The notes under the pieces are model-generated. The model was given only the letters and a program-made list of their open reading frames with translations, did not search any database and was not told where the DNA came from. The translations under genes were made by a program, and so were the position numbers. DNA of 59,958 nt, filler included, from Sluysia triapertura (lineage: Eukaryota), in the NCBI GenBank assembly GCA_046118255.1. It is 5 parts of 5 records of this genome, joined end to end, with 100 filler letters (N's around TTAATTAATTAA, not from the genome) between each part and the next. Parts side by side here need not be neighbours in the genome. Positions count along the whole stretch, not along the records: positions 37,743 to 49,012 come from JBJNIA010186580.1; positions 49,113 to 59,958 come from JBJNIA010192728.1; 3 more parts are not named here. One strand, written 5' to 3'. Shown in pieces: positions 40,934 through 52,473 of this stretch (its first letter is position 1; every line of letters starts with the position of its first letter).

Positions 40934-42700
40934 ATAAACTACATGCCTTTGAGGGTATAATACTTGTTTTTCTTCGTTGACTGGTTCGATATATATTGTT
41001 TGTAACGTGATTTCTTCAGTTTGTTTTTTCTCTTTCTTTAAAGCATTTAATTGAGCATGGGCGTGATGGTGTAGCAGAAACTTAGCTAAAAATGGAAAGC
41101 AACCGATTATTAACTTCCATGTAAAACCTGATATTTTATAAATACCTACAAGTGAAAATATTCGAGAGATTATAAGTGTGAGATTATTACATGTATACCT
41201 ATTAAACCCGAGAAAGCTTGACCTATAATTAAGACATTTCCCAAAATTTGTTTTAGAGTATTGTGTGCTGTTTTCTTAAAATGGTCTGGTCCTAATAATA
41301 ACTCAAAATTTATTTTACCATCTTTTTCTACTATTGCTTTATCAACTACATCTGTAAATACTTTAGATCTTTTAATAGGAAATAGGATTTCATGCCAAGC
41401 TGCCTGAATGTCTTCATTTGAAGAGATTCCAAATCTTTGAATGTTTTTTGCAGCTGAAAATTTTAATTTTGTTTTTAATTCTGTTAAACCTATAATTTCT
41501 GGTGTTTTGACTTGACTTCTATGTGGTAAAAATATCCAAAGATTATCATCGATTTTGTATTCCGGAGCCATTACATTTGAGCAGTGTAGCGTTTTCGGTT
41601 TGAGTTTATTAGTTTGCATAATAATTCTCGTGACTAATTCTAAATAAGTGTTTTGGTTTTTGTAGATTACATGTAATTCATTGGTACATTCGCTTTCTTG
41701 CCTTATTTGTACTTCTAGTTTTCTACATTATGTATATAAAACTTCACCCATTAACCTACCAAATACTCCTTCTTCTAATGGGAGTAATGGTGCTACTAAG
41801 TCTGGGTTAGTTATTGCTACAGCTAATATTTCTTTATTTAATTGGCAATCCCTCGCTATCATACCTTAATAAACTTTTTCTAATGACATTAGTCCTAAAT
41901 GATAATAAAAATCAATTTTTTTATTAAAATATGTATTTAATTGTAAATTCTTTGTGTCTATTCCTTTCTTGGCTTGTAGTATTGTCTTTTCTGATAAGTA
42001 TATGTATTGATAATTTGTTTCGGTGATCTCTTGTCCGCATCTAATCACTAATTTCTTTGAAACAAATATTAATCCATCTTCTTCTTTATTTGCCATTAAA
42101 ATTGTTGGAGTTTCGATTTCGTGAAGTCTTTTCCTTTAACGTGTATCTAAATTATCCTTATAAATTTGTTTTTTATTTATTTCTTCCACAGCTAATTCAT
42201 CGTCATTTTGGTACATGAATTAAACTTAATTTGTTTTAGAAATATTAGAGGGCATTGATATTTTTCCAATTCATATATTAGTATAGATTCAACAGTGTAA
42301 AAACTTGTTTGATCACTCCTACAAAAAGGTAAAGACATCATGGTACCTTTTTCCAAATTAAAACTTTCGTTAAAAGACTTTAGACTTACTACATAGGTTT
42401 CTTGAGCTACAACATTGTGATAAATCTTTCCTTCATATTATATTGATCCTCTTTACATTACCAGCTGTTCTGACATTATAAATTATTTTTTCATTGTTTT
42501 TAATTCTTAATTTATCTCCTTTATTCAAACTTATATATCCAGTTTCGAATGTATCTCGACAATTATTCGGTGATATATTAAAAGTTTTTAATATATTCGA
42601 TATATCAATAATTGAAGAATGACGGTGGTGTCCACAATACCAATTAACCACAGATCCTTTGACTAAGCATTCTCTAATTTTACGTTTACAAAAATACACT
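40934..42700 (-). pseudogene. env: Env-like class III fusion glycoprotein (chuvirus G / herpes gB-like)
   Basis: ECLV..WYCGHHRHSS..NCRDTFETG..TAGNV; IRCGQEITETN..NLQLNTYFNKK; RDCQLN..AITNP..GRLMGEVLYT*C..ECTNELHVIYKN..VTRII..CSNVMAPEY..W; GISSNEDI..EILFP; then membrane-proximal and TM segments. The Cys/motif order matches chuvirus-type glycoproteins as recalled, not searched. Confidence 0.75.
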
Positions 42701-42945
42701 GAAATGAAATGTTTAAAGTTTAGTTAATGAGGGTGATAACAAGCACCATTTATGAAAAACAGAAATGAATAAACATCTGATAAATACTGTGAATAAAGAT
42801 TTATTTAAGGAATTGTTTTTGTAATCAATACATGATTTTGAATTACATATAAAAGATTAATTTTGTTGTATATTTCTATAGCAACTTAACTACCAAGTCT
42901 CTGGTTGCTAGAAATAAAGATTGTTGAATGATTGGTCTTCTAAAA

Positions 42946-43528
42946 TGTAATTACGACCAACTCATATAATTGTAAAACTCAGCTTAGTTAATAACAATAA
43001 TAGAAATGTGAGAAATAAGTAAAGAATAAAGTTAATAGAATAAAAGTTGATTTAAGATATCGTGAGTTCACCAACCTACTGGACTTACCAGCGAGGGCCA
43101 GCCGTTGGATTTTGCGTAAAGGAAAAGTAACTAAAGTCTCGAAAGTTTAACAGTATCTAAATTCTCTAACGGTATATTTTAAACGTCTGGAGGTTTTCCT
43201 TACTGTGTCTTTTAATTGTCTAGAAGTTTTATCCATTTAATTTTATAGATATTTTACATAAATCCTATAATAAGGATTCTTTAAAAAAACAATTTATAAT
43301 AATTCCTCTACTGCTTACTTTAATATTAAAAGACAATGTTAACCTTATAAAGAATTTATTAATTACTAATTTAGAAAAATACAAGTTTACAGTAATGTAT
43401 AATAATAATACAATAATTTACAGGAATTATCTTTTGTAATTCCGAATAGTAGAATTTTATAAATGATTTTTCAGTGATCTATTACAAGATCACAAATTTT
43501 ATTAAAAGAATTTACGTAATATTTTACA
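42946..43528 (-). repeat. LTR-like repeat (TG...CA, ~580 bp)
   Basis: The minus strand starts TGTAAAATATTACGTAAA..GATCTTGTAATAGATC and ends GTAATTACA. Homologous to 51719-52256. No TSD or PBS found. Confidence 0.6.
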
Positions 43529-44157
43529 GTGATATTTGTAAAACAAAATATCGTATCTTAAATAAAATAAACTAACGTTTACATAAAAGATTTTTATCTA
43601 GTCGATTTATGAAAGTGCTGTCCAAAATTCTTGTTCCACTAATTTACCGAGAACGAATTAAAATTTATAATTGAGTGAAAATAAAATATTGTGAAATATG
43701 TATATGTGATTGTTATACATATACACTTTCATACATCAAGGTTATGTAAATAAAGTTATTTTAAACAAAATTAAAAATCAATGAAAATAAATATTAAAAA
43801 TAAATGAAATTAAAGAATTAATAATTAAAATCATGATAAATAAAATAGACTTATAAAAAATTACTCCATTAATAAAATAATTTCACAATTATAATAAAAT
43901 AAAATTCCGATTATAAAATTAAAATCAATGTTAAATAAAATTAAATAAATGTTCATTATTTGATCAATGTTTAAATGTTTTGACCTTTTGACCTTCGACT
44001 CGACATTTACATATGAAATTACTTTATAATTTTTTAATTAACAAAAAACGACAATGACAAAAGCTAAAACTATTATTAAATACAGATATCTAAAGTTTGA
44101 AATTTGATAGAATTTAACTTTCCTCTGAATATACCTCGTAATCCTAAAATATATGAA

Positions 44158-44950
44158 TCATAAATATATAATTGATTTTAAATAAAAACAAATTAAATTA
44201 TAACTTGGCATTACATTAAGATTCTGCAAACTCTTGAAGTGTACTGTCGATGAGCCAATGTCCGACAACAGGACGCTAACTAAAGAGATTGTTTCAAAAA
44301 TATCGTGATTGTAGGTACAGTTTCCGCCACATCTGGAACACTTTCCGCTTTGTGCTTTTGCATATAAACACAAGCCGAATTTATAATATCTAGATCGATG
44401 AAGATAAATTTGGGATTAACTATTTGATAACTCATTGTCAACATAATGATGTTTTGAGTTAACAACATTTGAACTGAATTTACACATGTCTTTTGTTACT
44501 GGGTCAATTTTACTTGTGATAAAAACTGAATCTACGTCGACAAGGAAGTGTAAACTACTATATTTTATTATTAATAAAATTTTCAACGAAATATGATGCA
44601 AGATTTGATGTTTAATTAACATAATTTCAATATTGGTTACTTTATGCATAAATAGTTTTATAACTTTATTGAAATTCACCTTTGTGGAATTAACTGTTAA
44701 GTATCCACTACCTGGAACCATATGAAATATACTTGCGTCTAACATAAGTGTTGATACAAATTGTTCTAACATTGTAGCATGTATATGAAGATCGTTGATG
44801 GTTACTCCAAAACCAATAAATTGTGGCGAATGTCGATAATGATTACTTGTGCATAAAGTATTTTCGCTTAATTGATGTCATTACTTCATCAGCTTTACCA
44901 GATTTGATACACTTTGAATCTTTTGAATAATTGACCAATTGATGCATATT
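44158..44950 (-). pseudogene. Unidentified disrupted host-like coding sequence
   Basis: About 260 codons of protein-like composition with one in-frame stop (44416) and a frameshift. Family not recognised. Confidence 0.35.
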
Positions 44951-46339
44951 AGAAAGAACCATAAAAATATGTTAAATATAATTGATATTTTATACGGAGA
45001 ATAAATTTATTAGTTTTTTAACTTTTACTTTAGATCTATATAAAATCGCAAAATAAAATTTTATAGTTGACACAATAATTTTCAAGTTATACTTTAATTT
45101 AAACTGAACTCTTATTATTTTTGCTACCAATAATTATAACAAGACTATGAAATGAAATCAATGCACTAATCTCTAATTAATAAAATTGTAGCTAGTTACG
45201 TTTCAACAGTATTATCAATTATAGTGGTAAGCATCATGTATAACTAACTTAAACAAATTGTAAATGCTGACTGAACATTATTGGATGTCCACATATGAAT
45301 GATTAAGGAAGAAAAGAAATCCAATAAGGACAGATTTAATGTAGGAAAGTAAACGTCATCAGTGTTGATTTACAAAAGCAGATATATAAAATTAAATTAA
45401 AAGCTGTCAATTGATGACAGGTTGTAGTGGTCAATAATAGAATTTAATAGTACGAAAACAACAACAATGGCTATCAAGATGCCAATAAAATGGTTACTAC
45501 GCTAATAATAGTTATGATAATGATGAAATAGTTAATTTTTATAATAACAAGAATTATCAAAAAGATAAAAACATAAATTTCTTTTGATTTTACCACACGA
45601 TATTCCTATTTATTTAAATATCATTTCTCAACATAAAATAAATAAAATTGCCTAAATAATATTCCTTTATCTATGTTATCTTATATTTTTCTAAATAAAT
45701 TTTGCAACACAAATTTTGAATATTGCTACTTTTGAAAAGAATTTATCGAGTAATTGCTAAGGTGTGAATTACAGAAAAAGCTGATAAGAAAATGTTTGGA
45801 GGTGTTATTTTGATTACAATGTCTTAATTTAATATCTTGCTAAAGATGATCACAAAACTAATTAATACAATTTCTCGCATAAAAAATTTAACTGGGAGCC
45901 CCTAATAATATGTATATTGTCCAACAATAGAATTGCGGTTTGCATCAGTTATCTGTACAATGTAGATGTTAGCTGTAATAGCTGCCACTGTTACTTATCT
46001 CTTACAATTCTTGTTATTTGGGAATGGTGAATTCAAATTCACTTATACACTAAATTTACTATCAACCATGTTAAAATTAATTAATTTTAATTTATTTTTG
46101 TATAATTGTATTTTTATTGATTAAATTAAATTTCGAATTTAATTTGCATTCATGAATTAAATTTCAATTTCCCTATGTATATATAATTGGCAAAAAGTTT
46201 GTAAATTTAAAAAAGACGCACAGAAACACTACTTTTTCATAAATATCTATATTAATTAATTAATTAATTTAATTTCTAAAATAAAACATCAGACGTTTAT
46301 AAATTTAAGTCTTTATATTTATACGTCTTTTTATTTACA

Positions 46340-46650
46340 AAAATTAAACTTTTGCTTCAAAAATATTTTCCTCGGTTTTTTGTAACTGCAGCACAGATTT
46401 TGGACATGCGATTAGTTAATTTTTGTAAAGTTTCAGGCTAGATTTTCCTCCAAGCGGATTCCAATATGTTCCAGGGCACGTTTTGCAGGTTGGTCCTTTC
46501 CTCACATTTTTATCGAGCTTATCTCAACTTGATATGCTTAAGATCTGGAAATTGAGGTGGCTATCAGTGCTGTTCTAATTAATAATTTTTGCACATTTTG
46601 TGCTTAGGATCATTATTTTGCATAAACTTTTTGTATATGAAGGTTCAATT
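46340..46650 (-). mobile_element. Tc1 transposase C-terminal remnant
   Basis: FMQNNDPKH; PPQFPDLKHI; WNILESAWRKI*PETLQKLTNRMSKICAAVTKNRGKYF. Confidence 0.8.
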
Positions 46651-47834
46651 CAACGCGGGAAGTGCAATTAAATAACGACTCTATTATTGATGAAAATGAT
46701 TATTATGGAATGTCTGGAAGAGATATACATATTTAATTGATTTTTAATTTTCGAAAAACTGAAAGTATTAAATAGTATCGGCATTTTTGTAATTTCTGTA
46801 AATCGTCTCACTGATATTATTTGGCAATATGCATTATAAATATTAACAAAAAATTATTATAATTCGATTATTCAAAAAATTTATTTTACTACTATCTGAA
46901 GTACAGTTAAAGTTGTATAAGAATGTATATTAAATAACTTCGAAAATATGTCGTTCCACGTATAATCAGTTATCTCTTAGTAACTAGTCAATTTCCCGTT
47001 CAAGTTTTCCTTTTTAGATACCACTTGCACTAAAATATAGTAACAAATGATTTATACATTATTCGTTACAAAACTTAATTTAATCATATTTTTAACATAA
47101 TTAGATATAATAGCGTTGTTAACTTTCACAGCTTTTAAGAATTCGTTAACATTAATTACTTTGAAATCATGCATTTCCAAATTCGAATGTAATATTATAT
47201 AGCGTTATGACAACCATGACAACCTTGAAATAAAATCCTAGATACATTTATTATGTACATATTAAAAATTTTAAGAGGAGCGAGTAACACTCAAGTTACA
47301 AAGTCATCATATATACATTTAGGGCATTTTATAAATTAAACAATGACTTCCATACACCTTATTTTCACTTAGTAATTTCTGAGTGTATTTTGCTTTAGAA
47401 ACATCCTCGATAAATAATTATTTAATTTATAATATGATAGACTTAACTTAAGGATCAAGCCAACTTTATTAGAACCACCGCAAACATACGTCTAAAACCA
47501 TCACCAAACCTAATTTTATTACACATGAATTATTTCCTGATTACACTGATTATAATAATATACAATATTTAATAATTAATAATAATTTATATGCGCCTAC
47601 TGCATTGAATGTGTTACTGGATACTTACAATTGCTCATTTTAATATTCTTGTGCCAAATTTGAATTTGTATTTTTTCTAATTGTGTTTAAATATACTGAA
47701 TAAATTACAATATTGGAGAAAGTCTCAAGTTTTTGCTATCGATTTATGTATGGGCTACATTAAAATGGAGTTGATTTACTCCACATTTGATCACACACAG
47801 TTATTCATATTTAATAAGTTTATAATTATATTAG

Positions 47835-48046
47835 GTACATCGCCTGTTATTATGCTCATTGGGTTCAGATGCACATACAAATCAACCAGTTAATAAGGAC
47901 GAACTTCTAAATGCATCTTCATTAGTTGAACAGTGTGAAGTTATGAATCATCAGCATTATCAATCACAGATGGTTCAAAGAGCAAGTGTGGAACTGTTTC
48001 AAGCTATATTTTTTAAAAATCGCTTGGATAAGCAGGAAGAAAAGAG
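47835..48046 (+). pseudogene. Orphan DIS3/DIS3L (RNB domain C-terminus) exon
   Basis: AG|VHRLLLCSLG..ELLNASSLVEQCEVMN..SQMVQRASVELFQAIFFK..|GT, compared with DIS3L VHRLL..LEELCRHIN..QSTELFQCMYFK. The preceding TSPIRRY exon was not found. Confidence 0.7.
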
Positions 48047-48299
48047 GTATTTGAAAATTAATATTACATTCATATTACTGATGTTTTATTATAAATGAAT
48101 TAACTTACCTATGAAATTGTTTCAAATTCTAGGTTTTAAAGGCTTAAAACTTATAATAGGTTTCCTGTAGAATTTATTGAACAAATAAACCAGTTGAGTT
48201 TTATGTTAAATTAGTTAATTGGAAGGTCTACGTTAATATCTGTATACTTAAGATTACAAGATTTTCTATTTTAAAGTTATTAGACCTCAAAAATTTTAA

Positions 48300-48540
48300 A
48301 TGGTGAACTCCCATTATCCGGATGATTCGAGACCAACGTATAGTCGTCTCTAGTGCGGTAAAAGTTTCTGAATAACCTTGTAAACTTTATACTCATGTTC
48401 ATCACATATCAGTGTCTCTTCAACATTTATAATTACTAACACATTCAACAATTTCATCATTTAGCACTTGAAACCCAGAATCAAACATCTAGTAAAATAT
48501 CCTGGAACTCCTTTATCAAGCCAACTAAATTTTAATCTGC
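48300..48540 (-). mobile_element. Tigger transposase C-terminal remnant
   Basis: DSGFQVLNDEIVECVS ... ETFTALETTIRW. Confidence 0.5.
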
Positions 48541-49012
48541 ATCTTTAATATCAAATATCGCATTACCGTTATTAAAGTTATTACTCTCACTATAATTATT
48601 TGTTCTGCTTGGTCTCTTCTACTCATAAAGTTGTTCTGATTATTTGACATCTAAGTTATGGTCGTTCATATTTGATAATCCTCTTGTATTTCCTCTTCCT
48701 GGGTTATAATAATTATTTCTTGGATTGAAATTCATATTTCTGTATTTTTATCCTCGAAAATTATTTGTATTTTTTGTTCGGATTTTATCAAAAAACTTAA
48801 TTGAACAATTATAAAATACTTTAGACGGGTTCGCCTATAATCTAAGTTCGCGGAAAACTTAGTTATAGGATTTAATATGTCAGTGCTACGAAAGAGTCCT
48901 TAGTCTTAATGCTATATGTCTTTTCTCAATTATTTTATGAAATATTTATTCTATATGAATTGTTCTTAGAACTATCTACTAATAGAGGGTCTCTTATTTA
49001 TACTTTTATTTC

Positions 49013-49112
49013 NNNNNNNNNNNNNNNNNNNNNNNNNNNNNNNNNNNNNNNNNNNNTTAATTAATTAANNNNNNNNNNNNNNNNNNNNNNNNNNNNNNNN
49101 NNNNNNNNNNNN
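49013..49112. other. Artificial contig spacer
   Basis: N44-TTAATTAATTAA-N44. Confidence 0.97.
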
Positions 49113-49370
49113 TTTCTTCCTTCTTGTTGTTCATCTTCATATTCATTTTCATCATAATCCTTTTGGTTTCTATAATTACAATTAACATGTCCTTTCCTAT
49201 TATCATTAAACCTTACTTTTCTATTTGGGCTTTGATTTTGTCCCCTTGCTTTATTAAGATCTTGAGTGAAAACATTTTGCCTTAATCTTCTACAATCTCT
49301 TGCATAATGTCCTTTTCTATTACAATTGTCACAGATTAATTCTCCATCTATATTAGTTTGAGTCTTATTA
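49113..49370 (-). mobile_element. gag: LTR-retrotransposon gag C-terminal fragment (CCHC zinc knuckle)
   Basis: GELICDNCNRKGHYARDCRRLR. An R/G/N-rich gag-like decayed frame also lies at 48550-49010 across the gap. Confidence 0.7.
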
Positions 49371-50034
49371 ATTTTTTAACGTAATTTTATTTATTTTTAT
49401 TTTTATACAATTGTTTATAATTCAATGTATCGGGATCATAACCAAATGCTGATATTGATATGTTAATGTATTTTTGGTTTATAATTTGAAAAATTTGACA
49501 AGTGATTTGAAGCAGCATTTGATTCACCACATAATCACTTCAACAACACTATATGTCCTAGGTGCATTGTTATTATGATTTTCTTTATGCCTGTGTATCG
49601 AATTCTGGAATGTGTATCATCAATTCTATCTTTATTTATTGAGTCCATTTGTAGATTTGTTACTGATTAGTTTTTCTCATTTAATTCGTTTTTCTTCAGT
49701 TTTAGAATCATTATCTTGCTCTTCTGATATATTAAAATTGCTTAATTCGTAACGATTCTGTTACGGAATCCAAAGCAGCAGTTAATTCAGGTTCTTGAGT
49801 ACTATTCAATGAATCATTTAAATGAGACAAAGAAAAAGAAACTGCATTTTCAACTTCTTTGGTTTGTGATTTATCAGATTTAGCTGCATCTCGATAAACC
49901 AGCTTTTTTGTGTGCAATTGTTATGTCTGTTTCAATTTCATTTTTTACATTAAGTGAATTAGGATGTTTTAACATTGTCAAGTAATCTCGCTTATTCTTC
50001 CACTAATAAAATCCATGATTTTCATATGAATATG

Positions 50035-50195
50035 TTACCATTCTTTAGTGTCATTAGCAGATGCAGCAGTATAATTGTTATTGCTGGAATGGGCATTATT
50101 AGTATTGTGATTATTGTTGACAGAACCGTTGTTAAGAGCAACACCGTATTCTGATTGCTGTGAAGTTGTATTATGATTAAATTTTGATTGGTTTC

Positions 50196-50232
<37 letters not shown>

Positions 50233-50998
50233 TCATAAACCACTACTGTTACTCTTGTAATTATTTGTTATTGGTTTACAAGAAGATGGATCTAAAATTC
50301 GATCATCTTGGACACAGTATGAACCTTTGTCGTGACGACAGCAGCGATAAATGAAACATGTGATAAGAGTTAATAATAATCAGCCAACCAATGAAAATCC
50401 GACAATAAGCCAGATATTGATTGAGGCAGTTGTGGTGTTGGTAGAAGTGGGTTTATTGAGATTGTGATAAGGGGAAAACGGTGATGCGGGGGGAACTAAG
50501 GCGTTCAAATTTGAAGATGATTTAACATCTTTTTCGTTTTTGGTAACACAATTTTCTGATTGTTTGTTTAAGTAACCTGGAGTAGATACTGGGAATGAAG
50601 GTGTAATAACAAGTTTCACAATCCCATCAGATGTAAATTTTTTAAATAGATAATACTGATGAGGTGATATAGTAGAAGAGTAACGAGGATTGACTACAAA
50701 TATTAGTTGGGTTTTTGAGGTATTTTGTGTCGATCACGATTAATTTGTTCTTCAGAAAATAAATATTCGTGAGGCTGTATTTTAAAATTGGGCAAGAAAT
50801 TAAGTTCTATATAAACTCGGATCGATTTAAATGACGAATTCCTGGATAACTGATATTGTCGACTATACCGGCTAGTGGGATAGTCCTGATAATTACCCAG
50901 AAAATCCAGTATTTGTGTAATTGGTGTATCCAACATTGTAATTTCTTGATCCAACATATATTTGCTTTTGTTTATTAAAATAAGTTGCAACACGACCC
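50035..50998 (-). pseudogene. Neurexin 3' exon pseudogene (end of last LamG/LNS domain, TM, 4.1-binding motif, PDZ tail)
   Basis: CAG|GRVATYFNKQKQIYVGS..GFSG*LSGL (cf. GRQLTIFNSQ..FQGQLSGL); TM IWLIVGFSLVG*LLLTLITCFIY; RHDKGSYCVQD (cf. RDEGSYxVDE); ANDTKEW* (cf. KEWYV). Several stops. Confidence 0.8.
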
Positions 50999-51718
50999 TG
51001 TCCGTATTGCGTGGTCGACACAACTTTTTAGATACACGTATGCATAAATATATACAAACTCGGAGAAACAAAAGAATATAAGAAGTAAGGTTGATAATAA
51101 GATTAAAAGAAATAATAATGATAAGAATAAGGTAATTATATGTTTTAAAATAATGGTATTCATGATGTTAACATGTTGGTATTATGTGATAATCGTGTCA
51201 ATTATATTATACGACAATAATCCTAATAGTTATTATATATTTTTGTTAAATGAACTTTGCGATTGTAAACGTTTTGAATGAACTTTAATTGGAATTTAAT
51301 TTTTAATAATTCCAATATTTGAATTTTATAACTTACGTGATTATTTTTAATTTTGCATATTTGAATTGGAACATTTATATTGCTTATATTTGAATTTTAT
51401 TTTTGGAAATGTTCGAAGATTTTTATTGAAGTAAGAAATTATATATTATATTAATTAATTAAATTAAACTAACGTAATAAATAAATTTTGATGTTTTGTT
51501 TTAATAAATTAAATTTTAATGTTTTGTTTTAATCTGAAGGTCAGATAAAAACAATTATAAATAGACTTGAATTATGTAAAATAATTCAAAATTTTTTAAC
51601 ATAATTTTGATATTCGAGGTCTACGGTTTCGGAATCAGTTTACTGTTTAACTCCAAATAAACTCCTTTTCAGGTTACGTTAGTTTAATTATTATAAGTTA
51701 CGATATTAATAATATCAA

Positions 51719-52256
51719 TGTAAAATCATACGTAAAATATTTTTATTAAATATTTGGATCTTATAACAGATCCCTCGCAAAATCATTTGCTAACTTATTT
51801 GACTTTTAATTTTTAACCCTTACTGATTTAAAAATACGTAAATTGATATTATTGTAATATACGTTTTATTATTAATTATTTCATAATAAATTATTAAAAG
51901 CGAGATTTATTGTTCAATTTATATAGCTGTAATTATAAAATCAGTAGATGAAAGTGCTTTCAATAATTGGAATTTAAATCCAATTACGTAAAATCTTTTT
52001 AAAATTCCATTTCAAGGAATTTACGTAAAATAACTCAACTAATATCATTAAATTTTGATAATAAAGATATAAATTTGCATCAACTGCAAAGTCCTTTTAA
52101 GCATTTCTTTTAGCATTACTTAAGAATCTTTTACTCACAAAACCAACGCTTGGCCCTAATCGGTAAACCCAGTACGTTGGTGAACTCACGTTAAACTTTT
52201 GCTTTATCCTACTTTAAAATTAATCACATTTTAATGCGACTGGAATTATAATAACA
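51719..52256 (+). repeat. LTR-like repeat, diverged copy of 42946-43528
   Basis: TGTAAAATCATACGTAAA..GATCTTATAACAGATC..CCAACG..CGTTGGTGAACTCACG..TAACA. Confidence 0.6.
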
Positions 52257-52473
52257 GTAGATATAGTTAATGATAATTATTTTTGTTTTTTGAATGAGTC
52301 TAGTAGTTTGTTTAATGTTCTATGTATTTATGAAATGTGCTTTTTGTGATAGAGTGTGATGAATTTTATACGATTTCCCTACATCAACTATCATATCTAG
52401 TCATATACAAGAATTAGAGAAACGTCGAAAACCTGAAGAATCTGAAATTATAAAATAATTATGTACAAACATA

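Noticed and set aside
43064-43073. TGGTGAACTC as a tRNA primer-binding site
   Set aside because: It lies inside the LTR-like repeat, not immediately after its terminal CA.
11480-49112. Identical palindrome TTAATTAATTAA four times at ~12-13 kb spacing
   Set aside because: Always centred in N44 blocks. It is an assembly linker, not biology.
48550-49370. gag fragments as the gag of the env-pol element
   Set aside because: They are separated from it by ~6 kb of unrelated DNA and an artificial gap, so linkage is unsupported.
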